Part shown: one piece after another, positions 1-9,608 of the stretch
Position numbering within the stretch: the stretch's first letter is position 1
Layout of the letters: each line of letters begins with the position of its first letter
Assembly (NCBI GenBank): GCA_047602745.1
Contig: JBLKOJ010000002.1
Span: forward strand, 2,211-66,210
DNA length: 64,000 nt
Direction of reading: 5' to 3'
Source: Candidatus Woesearchaeota archaeon
Lineage (GTDB): Archaea; Nanobdellota; Nanobdellia; Woesearchaeales; UBA583
Made by a program: the position numbers and the translations under genes
The notes under the pieces: model-generated
What the model saw: only the letters and a program-made list of their open reading frames with translations
What the model was told of the DNA's origin: nothing
Databases searched by the model: none

Positions 1-393
1 GAAAAAAAACTCAAAAAGGAAATAAAAAGTGAAAAAGATGAGGTAAAACAAAATCAACTTAAAGAATCTCTAAACACTATTGAACAAAAACTTAGACAGC
101 ATATTTTACCCCTGGAAGAATTACTTGATGATTTGAAAAAAATAGTACTCAGAGATACTGCTATTTCAACTGTGTGTCATGGTTCAGATGTGGGTGTTCC
201 AGGGATTTTATCAGTAGATGATGAAATTGAGATGGGAGAAGAAGTTGCTCTTATGAGTGGAAGAGGAGAACTTGTAGCAATTGGAACAGCGTTTATGAGT
301 GGAAATGAAATCTTAAATAAAGATAAAGGAGCAGCAGTAAAAACTGAAAAAGTATTTATGCACAAAGGAGTCTATCCTAAGAGCTGGTTTTAA
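1..393 (+). CDS. cbf5: Pseudouridine synthase Cbf5, C-terminal part with PUA domain (5' end outside the window)
   Basis: Frame 1 is open from base 1. The terminal residues (VCHGSDVGVPGI, GELVAIGTA, GVYPKSW) match the PUA-domain end of archaeal Cbf5/TruB. Confidence 0.75.
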   Translation, partial: EKKLKKEIKSEKDEVKQNQLKESLNTIEQKLRQHILPLEELLDDLKKIVLRDTAISTVCHGSDVGVPGILSVDDEIEMGEEVALMSGRGELVAIGTAFMSGNEILNKDKGAAVKTEKVFMHKGVYPKSWF

Positions 394-402
394 AATTTCA
401 CT

Positions 403-1431
403 TTATTTTTTATACAATTCATTTAAAGAAGGACAATTAACTAAATCCAAAGAAATTCTCACTAATTCTGCAAATTGAGAATCAGTTCTTCTTAATTTTT
501 CTATTTCTCCTCTTTGAATAGTTTTATATCCATCATGAGACCTATCCCCTATTGTTGCTTCAATTAAATCTCTTGGAGTAATAATTCTTGTTTCAAAAAC
601 GGCATTATTTTTAAGATTTTGAGTATAAAATGAAATTGCCCTATCCCTTTTTCTACTTTCAAAATTATTTTTCTCATTAAATATCATTCTATTTCCACCC
701 TTTGAACTATAAGACTTAACTAAATCAATTCTCTTTGCTAATTCATCTTTATTTAGTAATTCTTTAATTTTTCCCTTCTCTAAAAAGGTATTAGAATTCA
801 CTAGATATGTCACCGCTGCAAAATCAGTTGTACAAGTATCACACATTTGAAATGGTGTACCTCTTGAAGCTCTCCAAGATAATAAATTAAAATCAAATTC
901 TTCTTCTAGCCTACTAAAAGAACTTTTTAGCTTTTCAAATCCAGAATCTCTCTTTCCTTCCTCAGTTTTTCTATAACGCATAATTCTTTCTAAGGTTTTA
1001 CCTATCTTAGATTCTAGACTAGACTTTCTTCTCTTAGACATTAAAACTAAAGGACTCTCCTCTTCATCAAAATCTAACTCCTTCATATGAAAAATTCTTT
1101 TATCTTCTGGAACATACCCCAAATTAATTGCTCTTTGAGCTTCATTTGAGAGGCTTTTAATTGGAATTTGATACCTTTGAGCAAAATCTCTTACTTTTTC
1201 AATTGAATCTAACTCAGTTCTGAGAAATTCTGATTCTCCATAATTCCTTGAAACTCCATTAGAATCACTACAAACAGATCTCATAATATTATTTCCATAT
1301 TTATAATCTCTGTTAATACCTTCATTAATAAAATCTAAGCAATAGTTTCCCCCTCCTCTTCTTAGTAATGTGCTTGTAAGCATAAATCCTGTTGGAGGTA
1401 ATATTAATTTTGATGATTTTTTTGAACTCAT
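403..1431 (-). CDS. Hypothetical protein, no family recognised
   Basis: Long ORF (track 403..1497, TTG start). I prefer the ATG at 1431 (MSSKKSSKLILPP) because a TTTATAAAT element lies 24 nt upstream of it. Confidence 0.5.
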   Translation of the reverse strand: MSSKKSSKLILPPTGFMLTSTLLRRGGGNYCLDFINEGINRDYKYGNNIMRSVCSDSNGVSRNYGESEFLRTELDSIEKVRDFAQRYQIPIKSLSNEAQRAINLGYVPEDKRIFHMKELDFDEEESPLVLMSKRRKSSLESKIGKTLERIMRYRKTEEGKRDSGFEKLKSSFSRLEEEFDFNLLSWRASRGTPFQMCDTCTTDFAAVTYLVNSNTFLEKGKIKELLNKDELAKRIDLVKSYSSKGGNRMIFNEKNNFESRKRDRAISFYTQNLKNNAVFETRIITPRDLIEATIGDRSHDGYKTIQRGEIEKLRRTDSQFAELVRISLDLVNCPSLNELYKK

Positions 1432-1455
1432 AATAGTTACTACTAATAGTAGTAA

Positions 1456-1464
1456 ATTTATAAA
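1456..1464 (-). promoter_or_regulatory. TATA-box-like element TTTATAAAT, 24 nt upstream of the ATG at 1431
   Basis: Exact match to the element recurring 20-28 nt upstream of start codons across the window. Confidence 0.45.
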
Positions 1465-1714
1465 ACATTTCATTTCTTCATTAAATGCGAATTTCAAGAT
1501 TAACTTTAATTTAAACTTAATTAATTGATCAATTTATGATTAATTTATGATTAATTTAACTTAGAACTAATAACATAATGAAAGTATTAAAGTTGAACTC
1601 AAAGCCCTCTAAAATTTTTACGATAGTTGAATTATTTTTACAACTTTTATTCAAGTGCACATTTACAGTTTTTTTAGTGAGATTTTTAGTGATATATTTA
1701 AGCACCCCCAAAAT

Positions 1715-1722
1715 TTTATAAA
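1715..1722 (+). promoter_or_regulatory. TATA-box-like element TTTATAAA, 26 nt upstream of the atpA ATG
   Basis: Recurring window-wide motif and spacing. Confidence 0.45.
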
Positions 1723-1748
1723 CATCTTTATTTTTCTTCAAAGTATAA

Positions 1749-3497
1749 ATGACTAAAAAAAATGAAGGTGAAATTGTAAGAGTATCAGGCCCTGTTGTTG
1801 AAGCAAGAGGAATTGATGTTCAAATGGCTAATATTGTAAAAGTGGGAGAAGAAGAATTAATGGGAGAAGTTATTAGAATTGATGAAAATTCTTTTATTAT
1901 TCAAGTATATGAAGACACTACTGGTGTAAAACCTGGTGAGAAAGTAACAAATACGAACGCTTCTTTAAGTGTAGAAGTGGGTCCAGGACTTTTAGGTTCA
2001 ATTTATGATGGTATTCAAAGACCTCTTCAAGTATTAGAAGAAGAGATGGGTATATTTATTAAAAGAGGGGTAGGAGCTCATGGTATCTCTCAAGAAAAAG
2101 AATGGGAATTCACTCCTCTTATAAAATCTGGAGATACTGTGGTTGGAGGACAAGTAATTGGTACTGTACAAGAATTTGATGTAGTACATAAAATCATGCT
2201 GCCTCAACATATTGAAGAAGATACTATTAAAACAATTAATTCTGGAACATTTAATGTAACTCAAGTAATTGGAACTCTTGAGAGTGGAGAAGAAGTAAAA
2301 CTCTCTCACAAACAATCTGTAAGAACTCCTCGTAAGTCTAAAACAAAATTAGCACCTTCAATTCCTCTAAGTACAGGTCAAAGAATTTATGATGTATTCT
2401 TCCCAGTAGCAAAAGGAGGAGTGGCAGCACTTCCTGGGCCATTTGGAGCAGGTAAAACTGTAACTCAACAAAGTATTGCTAAATGGTCAGATGCTGATAT
2501 AGTAGTATATGTAGGATGTGGGGAGAGAGGAAATGAGATGACAGAAGTATTAACTGAATTCCCACATTTAGTTGATCCTAAAACTGGAAAACCAATGATG
2601 GAGCGTACAATTTTAATTGCAAATACTTCAAATATGCCTGTAGCTGCAAGAGAAGCTTCTGTATATGTAGGAATTACACTTGCAGAATATTATAGGGATC
2701 AAGGTTATAATGTAGCAATGATGGCTGATAGTACTTCAAGGTGGGCTGAGGCAATGAGAGAGATTTCATCAAGACTTGAAGAAATGCCAGGAGAAGAAGG
2801 ATATCCTGCATATTTATCAACAAAACTCTCAAACTTTTATGAAAGAGCTGGGAGAGTTCAAACAATGAGTGAAGAAGAAGGTTCTGTAACAGTAATTGGA
2901 GCAGTGAGTCCAGCAGGAGGAGATTTCTCAGAACCTGTAACTCAAAATACTCTAAGAGTTGCAAAGTGTTTTTGGGCACTAGACGCTAAACTTGCTGAGA
3001 AAAGACACTATTGGTCCATTAATTGGTTAAAATCTTATTCACTCTATCACGAGTCTTTAAGAGAATACTTCAAAAAAGAAGTAGATGAGAACTGGGGAAG
3101 TAAAGTAACTCAAATGATGAAATTATTACAAGAAGAAGAAAAATTAATGGAAATTGTACAATTAGTAGGTTCAGATTCCCTTCCTGCAAATCAACAAGTA
3201 ATTTTAGAGGTTACAAGAATTATTAGAGAAGAATTATTACAACAAAACGCATTTCACGAAGTTGATAAATACTGTCCAATTCACAAATCAAATGATTTAA
3301 TTGATTTAGTATTATACTTTAATGAACTTGCAACAAGTGCAAGCAGTAAAGGAGTAAATATTCAAGATATTATTGCAAGTAAAGCAAAATATAGAATTTC
3401 AGAAGTGAAAAATACTCAAGATTACAAACCTATTTTAAATGAAGTAAAAGCAGAGATGAAAAAAGAATTTGACTCTTTGATTAAAAAATATTCTTAA
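1749..3497 (+). CDS. atpA: A/V-type ATP synthase catalytic subunit A
   Basis: 582 aa. Walker A GPFGAGKTV, GCGERGNEM, MADSTSRWAEALREIS-type block, typical length, no intein. Confidence 0.95.
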   Translation: MTKKNEGEIVRVSGPVVEARGIDVQMANIVKVGEEELMGEVIRIDENSFIIQVYEDTTGVKPGEKVTNTNASLSVEVGPGLLGSIYDGIQRPLQVLEEEMGIFIKRGVGAHGISQEKEWEFTPLIKSGDTVVGGQVIGTVQEFDVVHKIMLPQHIEEDTIKTINSGTFNVTQVIGTLESGEEVKLSHKQSVRTPRKSKTKLAPSIPLSTGQRIYDVFFPVAKGGVAALPGPFGAGKTVTQQSIAKWSDADIVVYVGCGERGNEMTEVLTEFPHLVDPKTGKPMMERTILIANTSNMPVAAREASVYVGITLAEYYRDQGYNVAMMADSTSRWAEAMREISSRLEEMPGEEGYPAYLSTKLSNFYERAGRVQTMSEEEGSVTVIGAVSPAGGDFSEPVTQNTLRVAKCFWALDAKLAEKRHYWSINWLKSYSLYHESLREYFKKEVDENWGSKVTQMMKLLQEEEKLMEIVQLVGSDSLPANQQVILEVTRIIREELLQQNAFHEVDKYCPIHKSNDLIDLVLYFNELATSASSKGVNIQDIIASKAKYRISEVKNTQDYKPILNEVKAEMKKEFDSLIKKYS

Positions 3498-3627
3498 ATT
3501 TTCTAAAGACTCATGCCTCATGTATATGTGCCTCTTGAACATCTTAAAATTATTTGTATTAAATATATGATAACTCTTCTATCATTGTAATTATAGTATA
3601 AATTAACAAATTATATCTCCCTAAATT

Positions 3628-3636
3628 TTTATAATT
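3628..3636 (+). promoter_or_regulatory. TATA-box-like element TTTATAATT, 27 nt upstream of the ATG at 3664
   Basis: Recurring motif and spacing. Confidence 0.4.
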
Positions 3637-3663
3637 GTTATTGAAGTTTTTAAAAATAGCATA

Positions 3664-4218
3664 ATGAAAATTGAATTAGATAAAAGAGAGTTTATTAAAG
3701 GAATTATCATAGGCGGAATTGCAACAAGTTTAATATCTCCTCTTAATCTAGTTTACGCAAATATACTTGAGCAAACACCTAAGCTTACAACAACATCTCA
3801 ACTTAACAAATATATTCCAATTAATCAGGAAAATACTAAACTTTTTTTAAAAAGACATGGACATTATCAAAGACTAGAACATTTACTCCCAATATTTGAT
3901 AAAGCAGGAAAAGATTTCAATTTAGATACAAGATATTTAATTGGACATTTTAGTGAAGAAACAGGATATGGGCAAAGTGGAGAATGGAAAAATAAATTTA
4001 ATGGATTTGGAATTGGATCATTTGATAATAACTCTAGTAATGCATTTAGATTTGAATCTCCAGAGGATGGAATCTATAGAGGAGCTCAATGGATTGCTGA
4101 AAATTATATCCATAATAGAAGAAATACAACAACACTTGAAGAAATGCATGCAGTTCCTTATGCAACAAATCCTAAATGGGCAAGTAATATCGCATGGATT
4201 GGAAGAAGATTTAGTTAA
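3664..4218 (+). CDS. Secreted glucosaminidase-domain protein (GH73 / FlgJ-LytD-like peptidoglycan hydrolase)
   Basis: N-terminus KREFIKGIIIGGIATSL resembles a Tat-type or other signal peptide. The core YLIGHFSEETGYGQS...NGFGIG...FRFESPEDGIYRGAQWIAENY matches the ESGWG / NLFGIK / F..Y pattern of the glucosaminidase domain. Confidence 0.6.
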   Translation: MKIELDKREFIKGIIIGGIATSLISPLNLVYANILEQTPKLTTTSQLNKYIPINQENTKLFLKRHGHYQRLEHLLPIFDKAGKDFNLDTRYLIGHFSEETGYGQSGEWKNKFNGFGIGSFDNNSSNAFRFESPEDGIYRGAQWIAENYIHNRRNTTTLEEMHAVPYATNPKWASNIAWIGRRFS

Positions 4219-4312
4219 AATATATTCATTATAAAAAAAAATTAAATATATCTGTGTTACAACTCCTTAATTTTTGTAAATATTGATAAAATGTCCATTC
4301 TAAAAATCAGTA

Positions 4313-4657
4313 ATGAGTTTTCTCACAAGTTATTTATTGAAAAATGTCTTTCAAGTACTAATAATTATATCAATTATAGTTTTTGCTTCAATCCCATCAA
4401 ATTATTATAATGAAAGATATTATGCAATTATGGCTCTTTCAAATCTAGAACAGACTCTTGTATTATTTAATGAAAATTCAAAAATTAAAATTCCAACCGC
4501 AGAATTTAGGGATATCCTAGATATTAAAATTGATTCGCAAATGATAACTCTTCAATTACAAAGTGGAGACATTATTGAGTATCCTCTTCTTCAAGAATTC
4601 AGATTTAAGCAAATCTACTTCGATAAAGATTCCCAAAACATAGTTATAATTACTTAA
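4313..4657 (+). CDS. Hypothetical protein with N-terminal hydrophobic anchor
   Basis: 114-aa ORF with one N-terminal hydrophobic segment (VFQVLIIISIIVFASI). No family recognised. Confidence 0.4.
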   Translation: MSFLTSYLLKNVFQVLIIISIIVFASIPSNYYNERYYAIMALSNLEQTLVLFNENSKIKIPTAEFRDILDIKIDSQMITLQLQSGDIIEYPLLQEFRFKQIYFDKDSQNIVIIT

Positions 4658-4680
4658 AATCACATAAATATATAGATAAA

Positions 4681-6807
4681 ATGAATATTGAACAAAATTT
4701 AGAAATTGGTTTTAACCTTCTTTGTATATTAAATTTTGAAGACCCATCTATTTTAAGAATTGAACAGAGTTACTACTCAACACCTTTAACAAATCCGCAA
4801 CTAAAAATCTCAAATAATCAAATTAGTGTTAAATATTTTTCAAGTGTAACTCTTTTAGGTCTTAAATATAAATTAATTATCGATAAAATTAAAACTCAAG
4901 ATATTCTAATTTTTGCAACTCCCGTTGAACACTTACTGGGAATTAATATATTGTTTTTAGAAAATTCAAAAGTTTTTAGAATTGAATATGAACTCAAAAC
5001 CTATCTCATTCATGAAAGTCAAATTGAATATCTACAAAAGCCCTACACCATACTTGAAGAAATTAAAGCTAACCTCTTTAGCGAATTTTCATATATAACT
5101 CCTTTTTCAAAAGAAATTTCATTTTTATTACCTAGAAATAAACATAAACAAAAAACAATTCAAATCGTAGAAAAAAAATTTTTTGATAAACTTCTCTTCA
5201 CCCCACATATTAATTCCCTTCATCTTAATTATGCCATTCAAAAACATATTTTTTTATACAATATTTATTCCGATAAAAAAATTTTATCATTAATTCACAA
5301 ACATATTCATTATTTAACACATTTTAGTAATTCACATTTTGAAGATGCCCAAATTATAGAAGTAATTCACACCAAATATCCTATAGAAGTAATTGAACAA
5401 GAAAAAGATATTTTATTTCATCACATCTCAACTCAATATTACTATAAACTTACACCTAATTTAGAACTTGAAATCATCACTTCTAATAAAGAAGAGTTCT
5501 CAATTCCTAGTTATCTTAATTCTTCTCTAAATATTTTCTATCCTTTTAAAGACTCGGAAGAATTTCTTTTAAAAAGCGGAGTTTGTTACAGCTACAAACC
5601 CAAAAAACTTCAAGAACTTATCATTAAAGATGAAAATTTTTCAATATTGACACTAACGCCCATGTTCATTTCATTCCAACTTAAAAAACATATTAAAAAA
5701 ATTCACGCACCTCTATGTTATTCAAAACCTCAAGAGTACCACATTATTACCAAAATTATTCAAAAAAACTATCTCATTAACTCTAATACTTTTTTAAACA
5801 TAGATTCTCTAAATAAAGACAATCTTGTTATTAAGAAAATTCCAACATTAAATGAAGAAGAAATTTCTACTCTAAATCTTAAAAAACATAGACCCAAATT
5901 TTATAAAGATTGTAAAATCGATGTTATATTCAATAAAATTGAGTCCTCTTTTTTAATATTGAATAAGTTTATTACTCAAACTCAAAATAGTATTATTTCG
6001 CTCACAACTCTTCCTCAAAATATAATACCAAACTTCCAAAATAATCATAACTCCATACTAAAAGGAGAATATAATTCTATTAAAGCTCAAACACAAATAC
6101 TTAAACAAAAATTAAAACTCTTAAATAATTTATTAACATCTGAGGCAAATTTGAATAATACATTTTCAAATCAAAAATTCTCACATCTGGAATTTCAAGA
6201 AAATCTTTTGTTTAACTTTAAATTTTTATTACAAGAAATAGAACAAATACTTTTACAAATCTCTAATCAAATTATATTTTTTCAAGAATGTGTAAGCAAA
6301 TGTAATAACTATAAAAATCTTGAACTCAAATTACATAAAGAAGAAATATATTACTCAACTCTAATAATTAAAGAAATTGAATTAACATTTAAAATAATAA
6401 CTAAAATAAATATCCAAACAGAATTACTTTCAAATCAAGATATTCAAAAGTGGGTTGAAAAGATTCAAGAAACAATTGAAACTCAACTAGATATAACATT
6501 TTTTAAAGAACTTGAAATATATACTAATCTTAAACCTGAAAATAATGAGAAATATGAAACATTAGAAGAAGTTAAAACTCTCAAAAAACTCACTACAACC
6601 CTAAACCTCTTAAAAACATATTTAAATCAGAATAACTGCAAATTACATCTTAAATCATCTCTTTCTAAAAAATATGAATTTTACATTAAGCAATTTTTAG
6701 AACGAAGAAATATTAATTTGAATATAATTTTCGAGTTAAAAGATTTAAACTCTTTTAGTATTAAACTACTATCACAAAAAGACTTTGAATTGTATATAAG
6801 TAACTAA
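4681..6807 (+). CDS. Hypothetical large protein (708 aa), Asn/Ile/Lys-rich
   Basis: An uninterrupted 2.1-kb ORF in AT-rich DNA is unlikely by chance. No motif recognised. Confidence 0.5.
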   Translation: MNIEQNLEIGFNLLCILNFEDPSILRIEQSYYSTPLTNPQLKISNNQISVKYFSSVTLLGLKYKLIIDKIKTQDILIFATPVEHLLGINILFLENSKVFRIEYELKTYLIHESQIEYLQKPYTILEEIKANLFSEFSYITPFSKEISFLLPRNKHKQKTIQIVEKKFFDKLLFTPHINSLHLNYAIQKHIFLYNIYSDKKILSLIHKHIHYLTHFSNSHFEDAQIIEVIHTKYPIEVIEQEKDILFHHISTQYYYKLTPNLELEIITSNKEEFSIPSYLNSSLNIFYPFKDSEEFLLKSGVCYSYKPKKLQELIIKDENFSILTLTPMFISFQLKKHIKKIHAPLCYSKPQEYHIITKIIQKNYLINSNTFLNIDSLNKDNLVIKKIPTLNEEEISTLNLKKHRPKFYKDCKIDVIFNKIESSFLILNKFITQTQNSIISLTTLPQNIIPNFQNNHNSILKGEYNSIKAQTQILKQKLKLLNNLLTSEANLNNTFSNQKFSHLEFQENLLFNFKFLLQEIEQILLQISNQIIFFQECVSKCNNYKNLELKLHKEEIYYSTLIIKEIELTFKIITKINIQTELLSNQDIQKWVEKIQETIETQLDITFFKELEIYTNLKPENNEKYETLEEVKTLKKLTTTLNLLKTYLNQNNCKLHLKSSLSKKYEFYIKQFLERRNINLNIIFELKDLNSFSIKLLSQKDFELYISN

Positions 6808-7547
6808 ATTCTTCTCAATTCAATAAATCCATTATGAAGAGGATAATGAATAATTTCAAATGAATTAATTTGATTATTTAAATCTAAAGATTGAAAAAAA
6901 AAATCAGACTTAACATGACTTAAAGTATTTTCAAATAATATGGAACCTGACTTTGATAATAAATCATATTTTAAAATATATTCAAATACTTCTTTGTAAA
7001 ACTCTTGATTACAATCTACAAAAATAATGTCAAATCCCTTTAAATTCATTTTAAATATTATGTTGTGAGCTTTAAACATATCTTCATTATATAATGTTAT
7101 TTGAAAAATATCTTTATATTCTTTAAGATTTTTAATAGCTTCATTAAATTTAAAAGTATCAATTTCAAAACTTAAAATTAAATGATTATTTAAATCACTA
7201 ATCGAACTCTGCACTAAATTTTTCAAACTTAAATGATGTTGAGTAACTCCTTTTAACATACTTAATAATGAATATCCATTTGAAGTTCCAAACTCTAAAA
7301 TATTCATTGCATTATTAATGTTCTGAGCTTTACTATTAATGATAGTATTGTACTTAAGTTTTAATTTACACTGATATTTAATATATTGACTCAGGAATAG
7401 TGATTGAACATTAGTAATATTATAAAAATTTAAATTTTTTAGAGATATATTCTGGGTTTTACCATATGAGCTCTGTTTTAAATACTCTAGTTGTTTAAGA
7501 CTTTGTGAGATTTTTTGATTTAAAATATAAATATTATCAATTGTCAT
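6804..7547 (-). CDS. Class I SAM-dependent O-methyltransferase (family 3-like)
   Basis: ILEFGTSNGYSLLSM (motif I-like), DIIFVDCNQEFYKEVFEYILK and LLSKSGSILFENTL resemble the FIDADK..Y pattern of caffeoyl-CoA-type O-methyltransferases. Confidence 0.5.
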   Translation of the reverse strand: MTIDNIYILNQKISQSLKQLEYLKQSSYGKTQNISLKNLNFYNITNVQSLFLSQYIKYQCKLKLKYNTIINSKAQNINNAMNILEFGTSNGYSLLSMLKGVTQHHLSLKNLVQSSISDLNNHLILSFEIDTFKFNEAIKNLKEYKDIFQITLYNEDMFKAHNIIFKMNLKGFDIIFVDCNQEFYKEVFEYILKYDLLSKSGSILFENTLSHVKSDFFFQSLDLNNQINSFEIIHYPLHNGFIELRRI

Positions 7548-7695
7548 AATAATTATATTATAACTAATGATATTTTATTAACATTTGTATAACACTAAAT
7601 ATCAAAATAAATAATAATTAAAAAAATTAAACTTAAAAATATTTAAGTTATAATCTAAAAAATAAATTTTAACCAAAAATAAGTATAAATTAAAT

Positions 7696-7800
7696 TTATC
7701 TATTATTTCTTAATTTTCTTTTTCTAGCCCTTACAATTTTTTTTTGCCATTTCCATCTCATCTGACCGGGTTTTTTCCATCTTCTTGAACTTCTTTTCAT
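7696..7800 (-). CDS. rpl41e: Ribosomal protein L41e (34 aa, absent from the ORF track)
   Basis: Hand translation gives [34 protein letters not shown], close to archaeal L41e as I recall it ([27 protein letters not shown]). Confidence 0.75.
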   Translation of the reverse strand: [34 protein letters not shown]

Positions 7801-8091
7801 CTACATAAAAAAATAAGATTGTGTTTATAAAAGTTAGTATTTGAAAAATTATAAAAATTTACTAATTAAAAATTATAAAAACTCAAAAATATATAATTTA
7901 AAATTTAGTTTTGTAAAAGTGAGTTTCATATCTATATAAATAATCAAAAAGATTAATTTTAAAAACAATTATTTAAGAATTAGTAAAAATCTGAAGTGAA
8001 CCTAAAGAGAAGTTTTAAAAAGACAAATACATTTATATAAAATAAACGTTGTAGTAGATATAAAAATTACTATGATATTATATTATAAAAA

Positions 8092-8379
8092 ATGAAAAGA
8101 ATCGGTGGTTTTAGAAGAAAATCAAGATATAAATTGAGACAATCAATCTCAAATAGAGGAAAACTCCCAATTACTAAAATTTTACAAGAATTTGAAATTG
8201 GAGAAAAAGTAGTATTAAAGTTAGAACCTTCACACATGGGTGGAATGTTTTTCCCAAGATTTCAAGGAAAAGTAGGAGAAGTAACTAAAAAACAAGGTGA
8301 TTGTGTACTTGTTAAAATTAAAGATGGGAAAAAAATTAAACAATGTTTATCTCACCCAGTTCATTTGCAAAAAATCTAA
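8092..8379 (+). CDS. rpl21e: Ribosomal protein L21e
   Basis: GFRRKSRYKL, FEIGEKVVLKLEPS and FPRFQGKVGEV are typical of L21e. Length 95 aa. Confidence 0.9.
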   Translation: MKRIGGFRRKSRYKLRQSISNRGKLPITKILQEFEIGEKVVLKLEPSHMGGMFFPRFQGKVGEVTKKQGDCVLVKIKDGKKIKQCLSHPVHLQKI

Positions 8380-8485
8380 ATAAATTTAGAAAAAATTAAA
8401 TTATACATTAAAACTACAATTTATAGTTATATTAATTATAATAGTTTTTATCTTTACGTACATACTACTACATTATATCAAAAAA

Positions 8486-8827
8486 ATGGCCAATTATGAA
8501 ATTATTAATAAAAAACCCATGTACTCATCAACCATAATTGATGATTTAATTCTAAAATCTCAAAGTAGAGAACTCACATATAGAGAAGAGAAAGTATTGC
8601 AATATTTAAAAAAATTTAATAAACTTTCAAATGAAGATTTTCAAAAAGCTCTTCAAGAATTAAAAGATTTAAAAATTGCAAGAATTGAAGAAAATCAATT
8701 GTTTAAACTATTAGAAATTATGCCACAAACTGGAACTGAACTCAGAGCAATTGTCAGTCACGGAGGTGTTGTATTAGTTGATGAAACTGTAAATGACATA
8801 CTTTCAATTTTAAATCAATATCGTTAA
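8486..8827 (+). CDS. rpoF: DNA-directed RNA polymerase subunit F (Rpo4/Rpb4-like)
   Basis: C-terminal KLLEIMPQTGTELRAIV...VNDILSILNQYR resembles RpoF. It also sits in the conserved archaeal L21e-rpoF-DUF655 gene order. Confidence 0.6.
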   Translation: MANYEIINKKPMYSSTIIDDLILKSQSRELTYREEKVLQYLKKFNKLSNEDFQKALQELKDLKIARIEENQLFKLLEIMPQTGTELRAIVSHGGVVLVDETVNDILSILNQYR

Positions 8828-9027
8828 TTCCAAAGAGAATTAATCACATTTATTTTTATATTTAATTCAAAAAAAATTAAAAATAGTTAAATGTGTATAA
8901 TTTAGGAAATAAAAAATAGATTTATAAATTACAAAAAACTATTATAAAAATTAAATATTAACCTAAATATAAAATCAAATTTAAATTAACATAAATAGTG
9001 ATAAAAGTTATTCAAATTAAAATAAAA

Positions 9028-9600
9028 ATGGAATCTCGATTTAATAATAAAAATATACCTAAAAAAGAAGCTCCAAGAGAAGAATATGCTATTGTTCTAG
9101 ATGTATACTCACCCTCTCAATTTAAAGATGAATTAAATGTTCAAGCAATAGGAACTACTCAATTCACATTATTAGAACTAATCCCAAAACCCGAAGCTTC
9201 AATTAAAATGGGGGACAAAGTATATATTGGAGATGGAAAAAGAGATGAAATTCAATTTATTAAAAGAGCAATTTGGCCAGATAAATTAACTCCTGATGCA
9301 AATGCTGAATTAGAGTATGTAATTTATGATATTGTTAAAGAAAAAGAAGAACAATTTGTATCATTTTTTAACAATATTGGAGCAATTACAATTAGAAAAC
9401 ATGCATTAGAACTCATTCCAGGAGTTGGTAAAAAATACCTAAAACAAATTTTAGAACAAAGAGATGATAAATTTTTTGAAAACTTTCAAGACCTTGAAAA
9501 AAGATGTTCATTTCTAGGAGACCCAATAAAAGCAATAGTTCAAAGAATTATCCAAGAGATGAATAATCAAGAAGATTTCAAATTATTTGTTAGAAAATAA
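9028..9600 (+). CDS. DUF655-family protein with helix-hairpin-helix
   Basis: EEYAIVLDVY at the N-terminus and HALELIPGVGKKYLKQILEQR (HhH). Conserved position after rpoF. The track start at 8998 is GTG; I prefer the ATG at 9028. Confidence 0.7.
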   Translation: MESRFNNKNIPKKEAPREEYAIVLDVYSPSQFKDELNVQAIGTTQFTLLELIPKPEASIKMGDKVYIGDGKRDEIQFIKRAIWPDKLTPDANAELEYVIYDIVKEKEEQFVSFFNNIGAITIRKHALELIPGVGKKYLKQILEQRDDKFFENFQDLEKRCSFLGDPIKAIVQRIIQEMNNQEDFKLFVRK

Positions 9601-9608
9601 TTTAAACA

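Noticed and set aside
1556-1741. A 61-aa minus-strand ORF between the unknown gene and atpA.
   Set aside because: It occupies the atpA promoter region, including its TATA-like element. It has no motif and a Lys/Asn/Ile composition expected by chance.
7844-7881. Two 14-bp direct repeats (aaaaattataaaaa at 7844-7857 and 7868-7881) in the long AT-rich gap upstream of rpl21e, considered as origin-recognition-box or regulatory repeats.
   Set aside because: The sequence is pure A/T and of low complexity, so chance recurrence is likely at this composition. There is no cdc6/orc1 gene nearby and no inverted ORB-like structure.
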